A DNA stretch of 32,000 nt, taken from Clostridiaceae bacterium (GTDB lineage Bacteria > Bacillota > Clostridia > Saccharofermentanales > DTU023). The notes under the pieces are model-generated. The model was not told the origin of the DNA and did no database searches. It was given only the letters and a program-made list of their open reading frames with translations. Made by a program: the position numbers and the translations under genes. The stretch spans positions 34,909 to 66,908 of the forward strand of contig JAAZKK010000048.1 in NCBI GenBank assembly GCA_012799825.1, written 5' to 3'. This document shows positions 11,359 through 20,210 of the stretch, in pieces (positions within the stretch are counted from its first letter, which is position 1; each line of letters begins with the position of its first letter).

Positions 11359-11892
11359 TCATACGTCTTCATCGCTAAGTACGACAACCTCAGGATAGTT
11401 CCGATAATATCCATCAAGATCCAGGCCGTAACCGACAATAAATTCATCTGGAATGGTCATACCGATGTAGTCAATGTCGACATCGACCTTACGGCGAGAG
11501 GGCTTGTCAAATGCGGTAGCAAATCGGATGCTTTTCGGACCGCGCGTTGACAGCAATGCCTTAAGATGACGCAACGTTAATCCGGAATCGACAATATCTT
11601 CGACGATCAGCACGTGTTCACCCGCAATGCTGTAGTCAAGGTCTTTATTGATCCTAACGACACCCGTGCTTTTTTCGCCTACATAGCTTGACACCGACAT
11701 GAAATCGATCCGACACGGGACGCGAATATGGCGCACAAGATCCGCAAGAAATACGAAGGATCCCTTAAGTACACCAATGAGAAATAGATCTTTCCCCTGA
11801 TAATCGCGCGTGATCTCAGCACCCAGCCGCTCTACCATCTGGCGAATCTTATCTTCGGAGACAAGAATATGGTCAATTTTTTTCTCTACCAT
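11359..11892 (-). CDS. hpt: Hypoxanthine phosphoribosyltransferase
   Basis: 177 aa with VLIVEDIVDSGLTL PRPP-binding motif. Genomic position between tilS and ftsH is conserved in Firmicutes. Confidence 0.96.
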   Translation of the reverse strand: MVEKKIDHILVSEDKIRQMVERLGAEITRDYQGKDLFLIGVLKGSFVFLADLVRHIRVPCRIDFMSVSSYVGEKSTGVVRINKDLDYSIAGEHVLIVEDIVDSGLTLRHLKALLSTRGPKSIRFATAFDKPSRRKVDVDIDYIGMTIPDEFIVGYGLDLDGYYRNYPEVVVLSDEDV

Positions 11893-12030
11893 GAAAAATA
11901 TTAAGTAAAGCCTTAATGCTTTACTCTCCCTCCTTCCGGCGCTGCCTTATCTGCAACACAATCGTATTCTACCATAGCCGTTTTACATCTTAAAATGAAT
12001 ATATATTCCTCTTAGTTACTTAGGTGACGT

Positions 12031-13302
12031 TTAGGTGACGTTTTCTTTCTTGTGAAGAAGAAAAAGGCGTCCATTCTTTGCATGAACCGTCCATCCACCT
12101 GGAAGATCAAGCGCACCTTCTGTTGTCTCTCCCGCATCCACGCGACAAATCAAATCAAGAATAGATACGGCATGGTAAGCGCTGAACGTCACACGGTCTG
12201 TCATAAGAATGTCTGTCATGAGGAGCTCATGGCGATCTTTTTCGCATGTTATATCCTGACTCTCACCGCTTTCTGCCTTTTCTTCGAAAAAGAGCCTGAG
12301 CACACGGAGAGCAAGACCCCTTGGCAGCGCACATATCGCTGCGATCGAAAGGCTCTGATCCGGAAGTCGTGCTTCGACAAGCGCTCTTTTAGCAAATATC
12401 GAAAGTGTCTCCTCATCTCCAGCCGCAAGATCACCTAGCGAGGCAAGTCGCGGAACGGGATCGTAGCCGAGCACATCTCGCCATGCAGGCACTAAAATCT
12501 GACGAATGCGGTTTCGAAGATAATCTGAAGACACGTTCGTCGCGTCTTCTCGCCAAACAACACCTAGTTCCTTCGCCGACGCGATCAGTTCTTCGAGGCG
12601 CACATCGAGAAACGGGCGCACAAAACATCCATCACGCGGTCGAATGCCGACAAGACCGGCGATGCCCGAACCGCGCCCGATATGCATCAGGATGCTCTCC
12701 GCGCGATCGTCCATATGGTGACCAAGCGCAACATCAAATGTCGTTATCTCGTCCGTCAGCGCGCCAACTCTATTCGAGTCCTTCAGATCGTCGTTAGATG
12801 TCTTAGCGAACGAACACGCATCGTTATCCTTGTCATGCACATCCTCGCCCGATATCTTGCCGACTTGATACACATCGTTAGGTATGCCATTGAAGAGCGA
12901 AAGTGGATCACCTTCGTAATAACGGCGTCCGATCTCTATGAGAGCGGCACGGCGCACAGCGCGTCCCGTTTCTTCAACACCTCTATTTGTTTCACGTGCT
13001 ATATCCTCTATCGGTGCCGTCACTGACTCAAACGGGATCAACCGTTCTTGACAGCATGCCTGAACAAATGATTCATCCAGATCCGCCTCTTCTCCACGGA
13101 TCATATGGTTGATATGGCAGATAACGAGGGGAAAATCAATTTGCTCGGAATACCAATGAAGAAATTCAAGGAGCATCATCGAGTCGACGCCGCCCGAAAC
13201 GCCGGCAACAACCGGACGCCCCGGTTCAATTAACTGATGTGCAACACAAAATCGAGCGACTTTCGAGAAAAGGCGGTATGTTCCACGCGGGAGATGCATC
13301 AC
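12031..13302 (-). CDS. tilS: tRNA(Ile)-lysidine synthetase
   Basis: 423 aa with PP-loop GVSGGVDSMMLL, HINHMIRG and ALGHHMDDRAES motifs. 4 nt overlap with dnaB. Confidence 0.95.
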   Translation of the reverse strand: MMHLPRGTYRLFSKVARFCVAHQLIEPGRPVVAGVSGGVDSMMLLEFLHWYSEQIDFPLVICHINHMIRGEEADLDESFVQACCQERLIPFESVTAPIEDIARETNRGVEETGRAVRRAALIEIGRRYYEGDPLSLFNGIPNDVYQVGKISGEDVHDKDNDACSFAKTSNDDLKDSNRVGALTDEITTFDVALGHHMDDRAESILMHIGRGSGIAGLVGIRPRDGCFVRPFLDVRLEELIASAKELGVVWREDATNVSSDYLRNRIRQILVPAWRDVLGYDPVPRLASLGDLAAGDEETLSIFAKRALVEARLPDQSLSIAAICALPRGLALRVLRLFFEEKAESGESQDITCEKDRHELLMTDILMTDRVTFSAYHAVSILDLICRVDAGETTEGALDLPGGWTVHAKNGRLFLLHKKENVT

Positions 13303-14720
13303 AAAGAGGGGGGCGGATCAGGCATGCCTCGATAGCCCGGCTCGGTAAACGTCATCGAAGACGGATTCCATTCCAACTCGACCGTCGTCTTTTCACCTTG
13401 CCGGTTTTTCTCCACGATTAATTCAATGATACCGGCATTGCCCGTTCCTGAGTCGTCAGAATCTTTTGATTTCGGATCATGCAAGAACATAACGACATCC
13501 GCATCCTGCTCGATCGCGCCGGATTCGCGAAGATCCGCCAAACGCGGACGACGGAAACCTTTTTCGACATCACGGCTTAGCTGGGAAAGCGCCAGCACAG
13601 GCACATCAAGATCGCGCGCCATCACTTTGAGCAGACGTGAAATCTCCGCAATCTGTTGCTGACGGTTCTCAGCGCGGGAATGGCGGCTTGCGCTGCCCAT
13701 GAGCTGCAAGTAATCGACAATCACAAAATCAAGCTGCTGCTTCTGCAGTTGGAGCTGACGACAACGCGCGTGAATTTCGACGACATTGATCGCCGAATGG
13801 TCATCGATGTAAATCGGCATGTCGTAAAAAGCGCCAATACCCTCGCTGATGAGATCCCACTTCGGATCAGCAGGTCCTAACAGTTCGAGATCTTGAAAGG
13901 TAAGTGATGTCCGCGCCGAGAGAAAACGCTTCGCCACTTCTTCTTTGCCCATTTCGAGAGAAAATACGGCAACAACCGCTCGGTAGTATTGAGCGATGTT
14001 ATATGCAATGTTAAGTGAAAATGCAGATTTTCCGACACCTGGACGCGAAGCCAGAACGTAGAGCGAACCTTTTCGAAGTCCTGTGAGTACGCGATCTAAA
14101 CCGGGGTAGCCCGTGCGAAGAAGGGACGGGCGTTCGCCGCTTGCGATGTGGTAAAGCTTATTGACGTATTCACTTAATACTTCACCGACCGGTGTCAGCG
14201 CCGTGCGTTCATCCGAGCCGCGGATATCCATCACACGCCGGGCAGCAAGCTCAATCAGCTTCTCCGACTCAAGATCAGACGAGAAACACTGCCCAATGAC
14301 TTCGTCAAGCGCCAAGATGAGACGCCGCTTGACGGCATAGTCACGGACCAGATCAATGTAATGCTGGTAATTGCTCGCAAAGGGCAACATCCCCGGAAGC
14401 GAGGATACGTACTCACGCCCGCCAGCTCGGCCGATGTTGCCATTGAGCACCAATTGGTTTGTGACTGTGAGAATATCACACGGTTTTTGTTCAATATTAA
14501 GTGTCGATACCGCATCAAAAATGAGCTGATGTTTCGGATCGTAAAAATCGTCACTATGCAGCGACGCGAGCATCATGGCGCGCGACTCAATCCTGAGCAT
14601 GGCGCCGCCCAGCACCGATTGCTCTGCAAGGTAATTATGGGGAAAAGCTTTCCCCCTCAAGCGATCAGAAAGCACTGCGGACGAATATCCGCTTCCCACA
14701 TCATAATCCGCATCCGCCAT
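13299..14720 (-). CDS. dnaB: Replicative DNA helicase DnaB
   Basis: 473 aa. PHNYLAEQSVLGGAML N-terminus, RPGVGKSAFSLNIA Walker A, VDYLQLM Walker B. Confidence 0.98.
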   Translation of the reverse strand: MADADYDVGSGYSSAVLSDRLRGKAFPHNYLAEQSVLGGAMLRIESRAMMLASLHSDDFYDPKHQLIFDAVSTLNIEQKPCDILTVTNQLVLNGNIGRAGGREYVSSLPGMLPFASNYQHYIDLVRDYAVKRRLILALDEVIGQCFSSDLESEKLIELAARRVMDIRGSDERTALTPVGEVLSEYVNKLYHIASGERPSLLRTGYPGLDRVLTGLRKGSLYVLASRPGVGKSAFSLNIAYNIAQYYRAVVAVFSLEMGKEEVAKRFLSARTSLTFQDLELLGPADPKWDLISEGIGAFYDMPIYIDDHSAINVVEIHARCRQLQLQKQQLDFVIVDYLQLMGSASRHSRAENRQQQIAEISRLLKVMARDLDVPVLALSQLSRDVEKGFRRPRLADLRESGAIEQDADVVMFLHDPKSKDSDDSGTGNAGIIELIVEKNRQGEKTTVELEWNPSSMTFTEPGYRGMPDPPPSL

Positions 14721-15166
14721 CAGACGTCTGCTTTCACATCAAGCACAAAACGGCAAGACACCTCCGGGTGCAATTTCAGCATCACCTGATGCGTGCCAAC
14801 CGTCTTAATGGCTTCATCAACTTGGATGTTGCGCTTATCGACTTCAAAACCTTTTTCTTTCAGAAGATCGGCGATGTTTTGTGTCGTCACCGTGCCGTAA
14901 AGACGCCCCGCAGTCCCCGCATTGGCTGCATAAACGAGCTGTTGCCCTTCCAGCGCTTCGGCCGTCTCGCGCGCTCTTTTGAGCTGGCGTTCGGCTTCTT
15001 CCTGCTTTTGCTTGCGGCGCATAGCGATCTCGTTCATATTGGCTTTGGTAACTTCACAGGCCAGACCGCGACGAAAGAGATAGTTGCGGGCATATCCCGG
15101 TTTAACATCGACGACGTCACCTGCTTGACCCAGTCCCTTGACACCTTCCGTAAGCAATACTTTCAT
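14720..15166 (-). CDS. rplI: 50S ribosomal protein L9
   Basis: 148 aa, MKVLLTEGVKGLGQAGDVVDVKPGYARNYLFRRGLA, canonical. Confidence 0.98.
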   Translation of the reverse strand: MKVLLTEGVKGLGQAGDVVDVKPGYARNYLFRRGLACEVTKANMNEIAMRRKQKQEEAERQLKRARETAEALEGQQLVYAANAGTAGRLYGTVTTQNIADLLKEKGFEVDKRNIQVDEAIKTVGTHQVMLKLHPEVSCRFVLDVKADV

Positions 15167-15269
15167 CGTGTATCTCCCGTCCTCATCTTATTTTCATTTC
15201 TTTTGCGTTTTTAAGTGACCATCATTTTACCATAGATAAATCAGGCCGCTTCACGGAACGAGTTGTCTT

Positions 15270-15521
15270 TTACTCTGAGGTATAGGGCATCAAAGCGACG
15301 TGACGAGCGCGGCGAATCGCGCGCGTCAGAGCGCGCTGATGTTTCGCGCAGGTCCCGGTCATACGTCGAGGCAAAATTTTGTAATTCTCGGCGACGTACC
15401 GCTGAAGGACGTTGACATCCTTGTAATCAATGTGGTCTGTATGATCCGCGCAAAAGACACAATACTTTTTGCGGCTGAAGCGTTGTTTTTGAAATCCGCC
15501 TCGTCTTTTTCCATTAGACAT
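15270..15521 (-). CDS. rpsR: 30S ribosomal protein S18
   Basis: 83 aa, [63 protein letters not shown]. Confidence 0.98.
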   Translation of the reverse strand: MSNGKRRGGFQKQRFSRKKYCVFCADHTDHIDYKDVNVLQRYVAENYKILPRRMTGTCAKHQRALTRAIRRARHVALMPYTSE

Positions 15522-15553
15522 AACATTAAACTCCTTAACTTAGTAGGAAAAAA

Positions 15554-16012
15554 TTAGAAATCAAAGGGCAGTGACGTATCGTCGAGGTCTACCTCCGGCA
15601 GAAAATCGTTGCTGACGCTGTCAATCGTTCTGGCGCCCTGCTGTGAAGATGACGCGTAATCATCTCGATTGTCACTCTGTCTTGACGACCGTTTCGATTC
15701 ACAGAACTCCACTTCGTTGACGATGACCTCGGTTGTATAACGACGCTGTCCGTTCTGATCCTCCCAGCTTCTGGGACGAATCGCACCTGACACCAGAATG
15801 CGATCACCTTTCTCGAAATAACGGTTTACAAATTCCGCCTGCTGACGCCATGCCACGCAGGGGATAAAATCGGCTTCGTTTTTCCAGTTTCCGCCTTCAT
15901 CTCTGCTCCGTCGGTCACAAGCGACGGTAAAATTGCAAACAGAAATACCGCCTTGCGTCGTTCGAATCTCCGGATCGCGGGCAAGTCTTCCCATCAAAAT
16001 AGCTTTATTCAT
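15554..16012 (-). CDS. ssb: Single-stranded DNA-binding protein
   Basis: MNKAILMGRLARDPEIRTTQGGISVCNFTVACDRR... with acidic tip DLDDTSLPFDF. Start placed at the internal Met (16012), which gives the canonical SSB N-terminus. Confidence 0.96.
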   Translation of the reverse strand: MNKAILMGRLARDPEIRTTQGGISVCNFTVACDRRSRDEGGNWKNEADFIPCVAWRQQAEFVNRYFEKGDRILVSGAIRPRSWEDQNGQRRYTTEVIVNEVEFCESKRSSRQSDNRDDYASSSQQGARTIDSVSNDFLPEVDLDDTSLPFDF

Positions 16013-16111
16013 GCTGTAGTCCTTTCTCCATGCGCTTTGCCGAAATCCCAATGTCCGGCGCGCTACGATGATTCAGTTTTCAGGGTTGCTCTTTACCGCT
16101 TCCTCTTCGGC

Positions 16112-16882
16112 TTAAGAAGACACGTTATCGTTGACGGCTTCTTTAACCGGCTCCTCATCATCAGAGGAAACCTCATCGCGGTCTTCGACTTCTTCTGCTT
16201 TTTTTGCTGCTTCGTTAGCCATGTCTTCTCTGTTAACGGACGCATCGGCAGGTACCGCTGCTTCGGCAGGCACGTCTTCCGTGTTAGCAGGCGCATCGGC
16301 AGGTACTGCTGCTTCGGCAGGCATGTCTTCTCTGTTAACGGACGCATCGGCAGGTACCACTGCTTCGGCAGGCACGTCTTCCGCGTTAGCGGGCGCATCG
16401 GCAGGTACCGCTGCTTCGGGTGATTCCGACGCATCGTCGGCTCCAGATTCTTCTGACACCGGAGCGTCCCCTTCGGCCGCTTCCTCGGATGCCGCGGCTT
16501 CGGCCTCAGCTACGGCTTCCTGCGCCTTGGCTTTTTCCCGCTCTCGTTCCGCTTCTTCGTCTGCGATCGTACGGCGACCGGACGGCATGAACGATCCTTC
16601 CGCAAGCACGATAAGATAGCGCATCACCGCATCATTGATGCGGAGCAAACGCTCCAACTCGCTGGCGTGTTCCGGATTCATGTCGAAGTGGACGATGACA
16701 TAGTAGCCCTCGCGTACATCTTGGATTTCATACGCCAGTCTGCGACGCCCCCACTCAACTATTTCCGTAATCTCATCCGCAACAGATTCAACGAGCTCAC
16801 GAACACGCTGCATCTGCGCTTTCAACTGATCCGTCCTGAGTGTTCCATTCAGGACATAAAGCAATTCATATTTTCTGGCCAT
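16112..16882 (-). CDS. rpsF: 30S ribosomal protein S6 with a long repetitive acidic/Ala/Pro C-terminal extension
   Basis: MARKYELLYVLNGTLRTDQLKAQMQRVRELVESV...VEWGRRRLAYEIQDVREGYYVIVHFDM is S6. After about 100 aa the frame continues for about 155 aa of E/A/P/D-rich sequence. Start chosen at the internal Met (16882). Confidence 0.95.
   Translation of the reverse strand: MARKYELLYVLNGTLRTDQLKAQMQRVRELVESVADEITEIVEWGRRRLAYEIQDVREGYYVIVHFDMNPEHASELERLLRINDAVMRYLIVLAEGSFMPSGRRTIADEEAEREREKAKAQEAVAEAEAAASEEAAEGDAPVSEESGADDASESPEAAVPADAPANAEDVPAEAVVPADASVNREDMPAEAAVPADAPANTEDVPAEAAVPADASVNREDMANEAAKKAEEVEDRDEVSSDDEEPVKEAVNDNVSS
16223..16431 (-). repeat. In-frame coding minisatellite in the rpsF tail (51 bp unit, 102 bp higher-order unit)
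   Basis: Consecutive 17-aa units PEAAVPADAPANAEDV / PAEAVVPADASVNREDM / PAEAAVPADAPANTEDV / PAEAAVPADASVNREDM. Near-identical DNA recurs every 102 bp (cat/cgtcttcTctgttaacggacgcatcggcaggtac...). Confidence 0.9.
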
Positions 16883-16975
16883 GGGTAATTTGTACCTCCT
16901 CCCGGACTCAATGGCTCTGCCTTCAGCTGTTTTCATGCAGAGCGAGGAATTGCTGCTTTTTAACAGGCACACGTC

Positions 16976-17004
16976 AATTTACACGAGATTACAAGGTCCG
17001 TCAA
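16976..17004 (-). promoter_or_regulatory. Sigma-70 type promoter for rpsF operon
   Basis: Minus strand TTGACG (17004..16999), 17 nt spacer, TAAATT (16981..16976). Confidence 0.5.
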
Positions 17005-17074
17005 GTTCTTACCTTTGTATTCACATTATAAAGGAAAACGAACACCGGTTATTTTGGCAAAATCAAAAATTGTA

Positions 17075-17230
17075 CCGTCTTTTGAGTTACAAGCGTGTGC
17101 AGGAACATCGCGTAACGGTATCGTCTTTCAAATTGCAAACGTGCGCAGGAACATCGCATACCAGCACCACCTTTCGAATTACAAACGAACACCGAAACAT
17201 CACGCATCAAGACCGTCTTTCGAGTTCCGC
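17075..17230. repeat. Tandem repeat, 46 bp unit, about 3.3 copies
   Basis: Consensus CGTCTTTCRAATTACAAACGTGCGCAGGAACATCGCRTAACGGTA. The CTTT anchors are 46 bp apart in each of the three intervals (17079, 17125, 17171, 17217). The last copy lies in the 3' end of the 17207..18730 CDS. Confidence 0.88.
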
Positions 17231-18730
17231 CAAAAGGCGTTCGAGCCCCTTTTGAATGCGATCACGCGTCGCGCGATAGGAGTCAATGGAGAAACCATAG
17301 GGATCATCGACGTCCCGCTGATCTTCTGTAAACGCGGAATAGGAAAAGATGTCGTCTTTTCTTTCCGGATAAAGGCGCACTAAGATATCGCGATGTGCAT
17401 CAGTCATCGTGACAATAAGATCGGTAGCCTCCATCAAATCATCGTCAACTGACTGTGAGCGGTGCGCGTCTACGTCGATGCCCCACTCGCGCAGAGCTTC
17501 AGCAGATCGAGGCGATATCGACATCCCGGGATAAGCGGCAAGTCCGGCGGAAACAGCCTTCCAGCCCTTGACATTACGATGATTGAACAGCACTTCCGCC
17601 ATTGGACTGCGACACGTATTGCCGGTACATATAAAGAGAATTTGGCGAGGGGGATCAACTGGCTCTTCGTTATTTGAGCCTGAAGCAGCTCGCCTCAGAC
17701 GATCCATATAGCCTGCCGCAGCCGGTTCCGCAAACCCTTCCGCGTAGATTGTGTCCACATTTTGGTCGTCAAATGTGCGCAGAGCATCAAAAAGACATCG
17801 CGTCGCGCTTTTAATATCACGTTCGCCGTCATAGGTGTACGACAAAAACAAGCCTTCCATATCCTGACCGATGCGTTCGACAAGCGCGCGCCACGTGTGT
17901 TCACTCGTGAAAACGCCTCGCTTTTCAAATGGACGTGCTCCAAAAGTATCGGCAAACGTCTTATCCAACGTCTCGCCGGTACGCGGCATGACGATAAAAA
18001 CACGCGCAGAAGGCGCATAATGTCGGTATTTCATCCCGGGAGACAGCGGACAATCTTGTTCATTGCCTTTTGGCTCTTCATGCCATGAAACGGCACGAAG
18101 TCCCGTTCTTTCGTAAATCATTTCAGCCGTTACGAAGCCGGGACGAAGAATCCTTATAGGATCACTCAAAATATCGAGCACCGTCGATTCTACGCCAACC
18201 TCACAGGGGCCGTCATCAATGATATAGGGAATCTTTCCGTCAAAATCTTGCAACACATGTGCCGCACGCGTCGGACTCGGTTTGCCGGAAAAATTTGCCG
18301 AAGGAGCCACAATAGGCACTCCCGCCGCTTTGATCAAGGCTCTTGCCGCAACTTGGGAAGGAAACCTGACGGCGACTGTCGACAATCGACATACCTCGTC
18401 AGGAATCGTATCTTTGTTACGCAACATGACGTACGTCACAGGACCCGGCGAAAAGGCCTCGTACAACACATGAAAAACAGGCGGAATCTGAATGGCCGCC
18501 TGATGCACTTCATCTTTTGAAGCAAGATGAACGATCAACGGATTGTCGGACGGCCTTCCCTTCAACCGAAAGATCGAAAGAACGGCCTCCGGCAGAAGAG
18601 CGGAGGCGCCAAGTCCATAAACCGTTTCTGTCGGAAATGCCACCACTTGCCCTTCACGGAGAGCGCTTCCAGGTTCGTCAAATGCGCAAGGATTGATCGG
18701 ATGCCGGACTTGAATCACTTGCGTTTTCAT
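17207..18730 (-). CDS. Fusion: Sua5/YrdC threonylcarbamoyl-AMP synthase + low-molecular-weight protein phosphatase (YwlE-like)
   Basis: 507 aa single ORF. Residues about 20-345 are full-length Sua5 (GQVVAFPTETVYGLGA, KGRPSDNPLIVHL, APSANFSGKPSPT, RHYAPSA and C-terminal Sua5 domain). Residues about 361-507 are LMW-PTP (ILFICTGNTCRSPMAEVLF...DVDDPYG). Confidence 0.93.
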   Translation of the reverse strand: MKTQVIQVRHPINPCAFDEPGSALREGQVVAFPTETVYGLGASALLPEAVLSIFRLKGRPSDNPLIVHLASKDEVHQAAIQIPPVFHVLYEAFSPGPVTYVMLRNKDTIPDEVCRLSTVAVRFPSQVAARALIKAAGVPIVAPSANFSGKPSPTRAAHVLQDFDGKIPYIIDDGPCEVGVESTVLDILSDPIRILRPGFVTAEMIYERTGLRAVSWHEEPKGNEQDCPLSPGMKYRHYAPSARVFIVMPRTGETLDKTFADTFGARPFEKRGVFTSEHTWRALVERIGQDMEGLFLSYTYDGERDIKSATRCLFDALRTFDDQNVDTIYAEGFAEPAAAGYMDRLRRAASGSNNEEPVDPPRQILFICTGNTCRSPMAEVLFNHRNVKGWKAVSAGLAAYPGMSISPRSAEALREWGIDVDAHRSQSVDDDLMEATDLIVTMTDAHRDILVRLYPERKDDIFSYSAFTEDQRDVDDPYGFSIDSYRATRDRIQKGLERLLAELERRS

Positions 18731-18740
18731 TCATCGGACC

Positions 18741-19817
18741 TCACTCTTTGAGCGCCGCCTGATGCTCTGCCAGCTGTAGCGCTTCAATGATCTCATCCAA
18801 ATCTCCCAGAAGAATGCGTTCCAATTTATACAACGTTAGGCCGATTCGATGGTCCGTCACGCGCGATTGCGGGAAGTTATACGTGCGAATACGTTCACTG
18901 CGGTCGCCGGAGCCAATCTGGCTCTTGCGTTCAGAAGCAATGGCGTCTGCTTGTTCCTGCTCCGCCATCGCTTGCAGCTTCGAGCGCAAGTGAGCCATGG
19001 CCTTGTCTTTATTCTTGAATTGAGAACGTTGATCCTGACACGTCACAACGACGCCTGTCGGCAAATGCGTGATCCGTATCGCGGAGCTCGTCTTATTGAC
19101 ATGCTGTCCGCCGGCACCCGATGCGCGGTATGTATCGATTTGAAGATCCTTCGGATCGATCTCATAGTCAACTTCATCTACTTCCGGCAACACGGCCACC
19201 GTGACGGCCGACGTGTGAATGCGTCCGCCCGTTTCCGTGACGGGAACGCGCTGAACACGGTGTGTGCCGCTTTCGTATTTTAAACGGCTGTAGGCGCCCC
19301 TTCCCTCCACGCTGAAAACAATTTCCTTATATCCATTGAGCTCCGTTTCGTTGTAATCAACGATCTCTACGGGCCATCCGCGTGCTTCAGCATAAGCAGC
19401 GTACATACGATAAAGATCGGCCGCAAAGAGCGCCGCCTCGTCACCGCCTGTGCCCGCGCGAATTTCAATGATGACGTTGCGTTCATCATTCGGATCTTTA
19501 GGTTCAAGTTCTGCTCGAATTGATCGTTCAAGCTCTTCCGACATTTGTTCAAGGCGATTGATTTCTTCTCGCAAAAGCGCTGTCAATTCCGCGTCATCAG
19601 ATTCGCGAAAAAGTTCTTCGTTTTCGCGAATTTCCGTCATCACATTACGCCAACTTTTAATGTCGGTAACAAGCGGTGTCAATGCCGCATGCTCCTTTGC
19701 CAACGCGATGTAACGCGTCTGATCTTGCATGATGCTGACATCCGCTAACTGACGCGTCAATTCATCGTAACGCGCTTCACTTGCCGTAAGCTTTGAAGCA
19801 TCATCAATGTCAATCAT
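18741..19817 (-). CDS. prfA: Peptide chain release factor 1
   Basis: 358 aa with [25 protein letters not shown] (GGQ motif). Confidence 0.98.
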   Translation of the reverse strand: MIDIDDASKLTASEARYDELTRQLADVSIMQDQTRYIALAKEHAALTPLVTDIKSWRNVMTEIRENEELFRESDDAELTALLREEINRLEQMSEELERSIRAELEPKDPNDERNVIIEIRAGTGGDEAALFAADLYRMYAAYAEARGWPVEIVDYNETELNGYKEIVFSVEGRGAYSRLKYESGTHRVQRVPVTETGGRIHTSAVTVAVLPEVDEVDYEIDPKDLQIDTYRASGAGGQHVNKTSSAIRITHLPTGVVVTCQDQRSQFKNKDKAMAHLRSKLQAMAEQEQADAIASERKSQIGSGDRSERIRTYNFPQSRVTDHRIGLTLYKLERILLGDLDEIIEALQLAEHQAALKE

Positions 19818-19972
19818 GTGTATTCTCTCCGTGTTTCCGTTATGGTCGTTTCACCATGTCATTATATACCTTGAATGAGTTTACTCTATGGAGCTTGCAA
19901 ACGCACATTCCTCCGCCAAAGATACTTCGCCGCCTTATGCATGCCCGATCCGTTTATACAAGAACCCCACAA

Positions 19973-20122
19973 GATACCTCCATAACCGCGCGGGGCGTTT
20001 CTGCCTTGTTATCATGGATACGCGCGATTCTTAGATACCTCCATAACCGCGCGCGGCGTTTCTGCCTTGTTATCATGGATACGCGCGATTCTTAGATACC
20101 TCCATAACCGCGCGCGGCGCTT
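19973..20122. repeat. Tandem repeat, 61 bp unit, about 2.4 copies
   Basis: GATACCTCCATAACCGCGCGCGGCGTTTCTGCCTTGTTATCATGGATACGCGCGATTCTTA. Copies start at 19973, 20034 and 20095 and are almost identical. Confidence 0.95.
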
Positions 20123-20210
20123 ACAGTTTTCAAGAAATAAAAAAGCACAGACTCGCTGACCGTTAAGAAGAAGTCGAATTATTCATCTTTTGATTAGCAG
20201 AAGTTTTTGA

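Noticed and set aside
16093-16434. 113 aa repetitive minus-strand ORF
   Set aside because: Alternate frame of the rpsF tail; openness is explained by the 102-bp in-frame repeat. The S6 frame is clearly the coding one.
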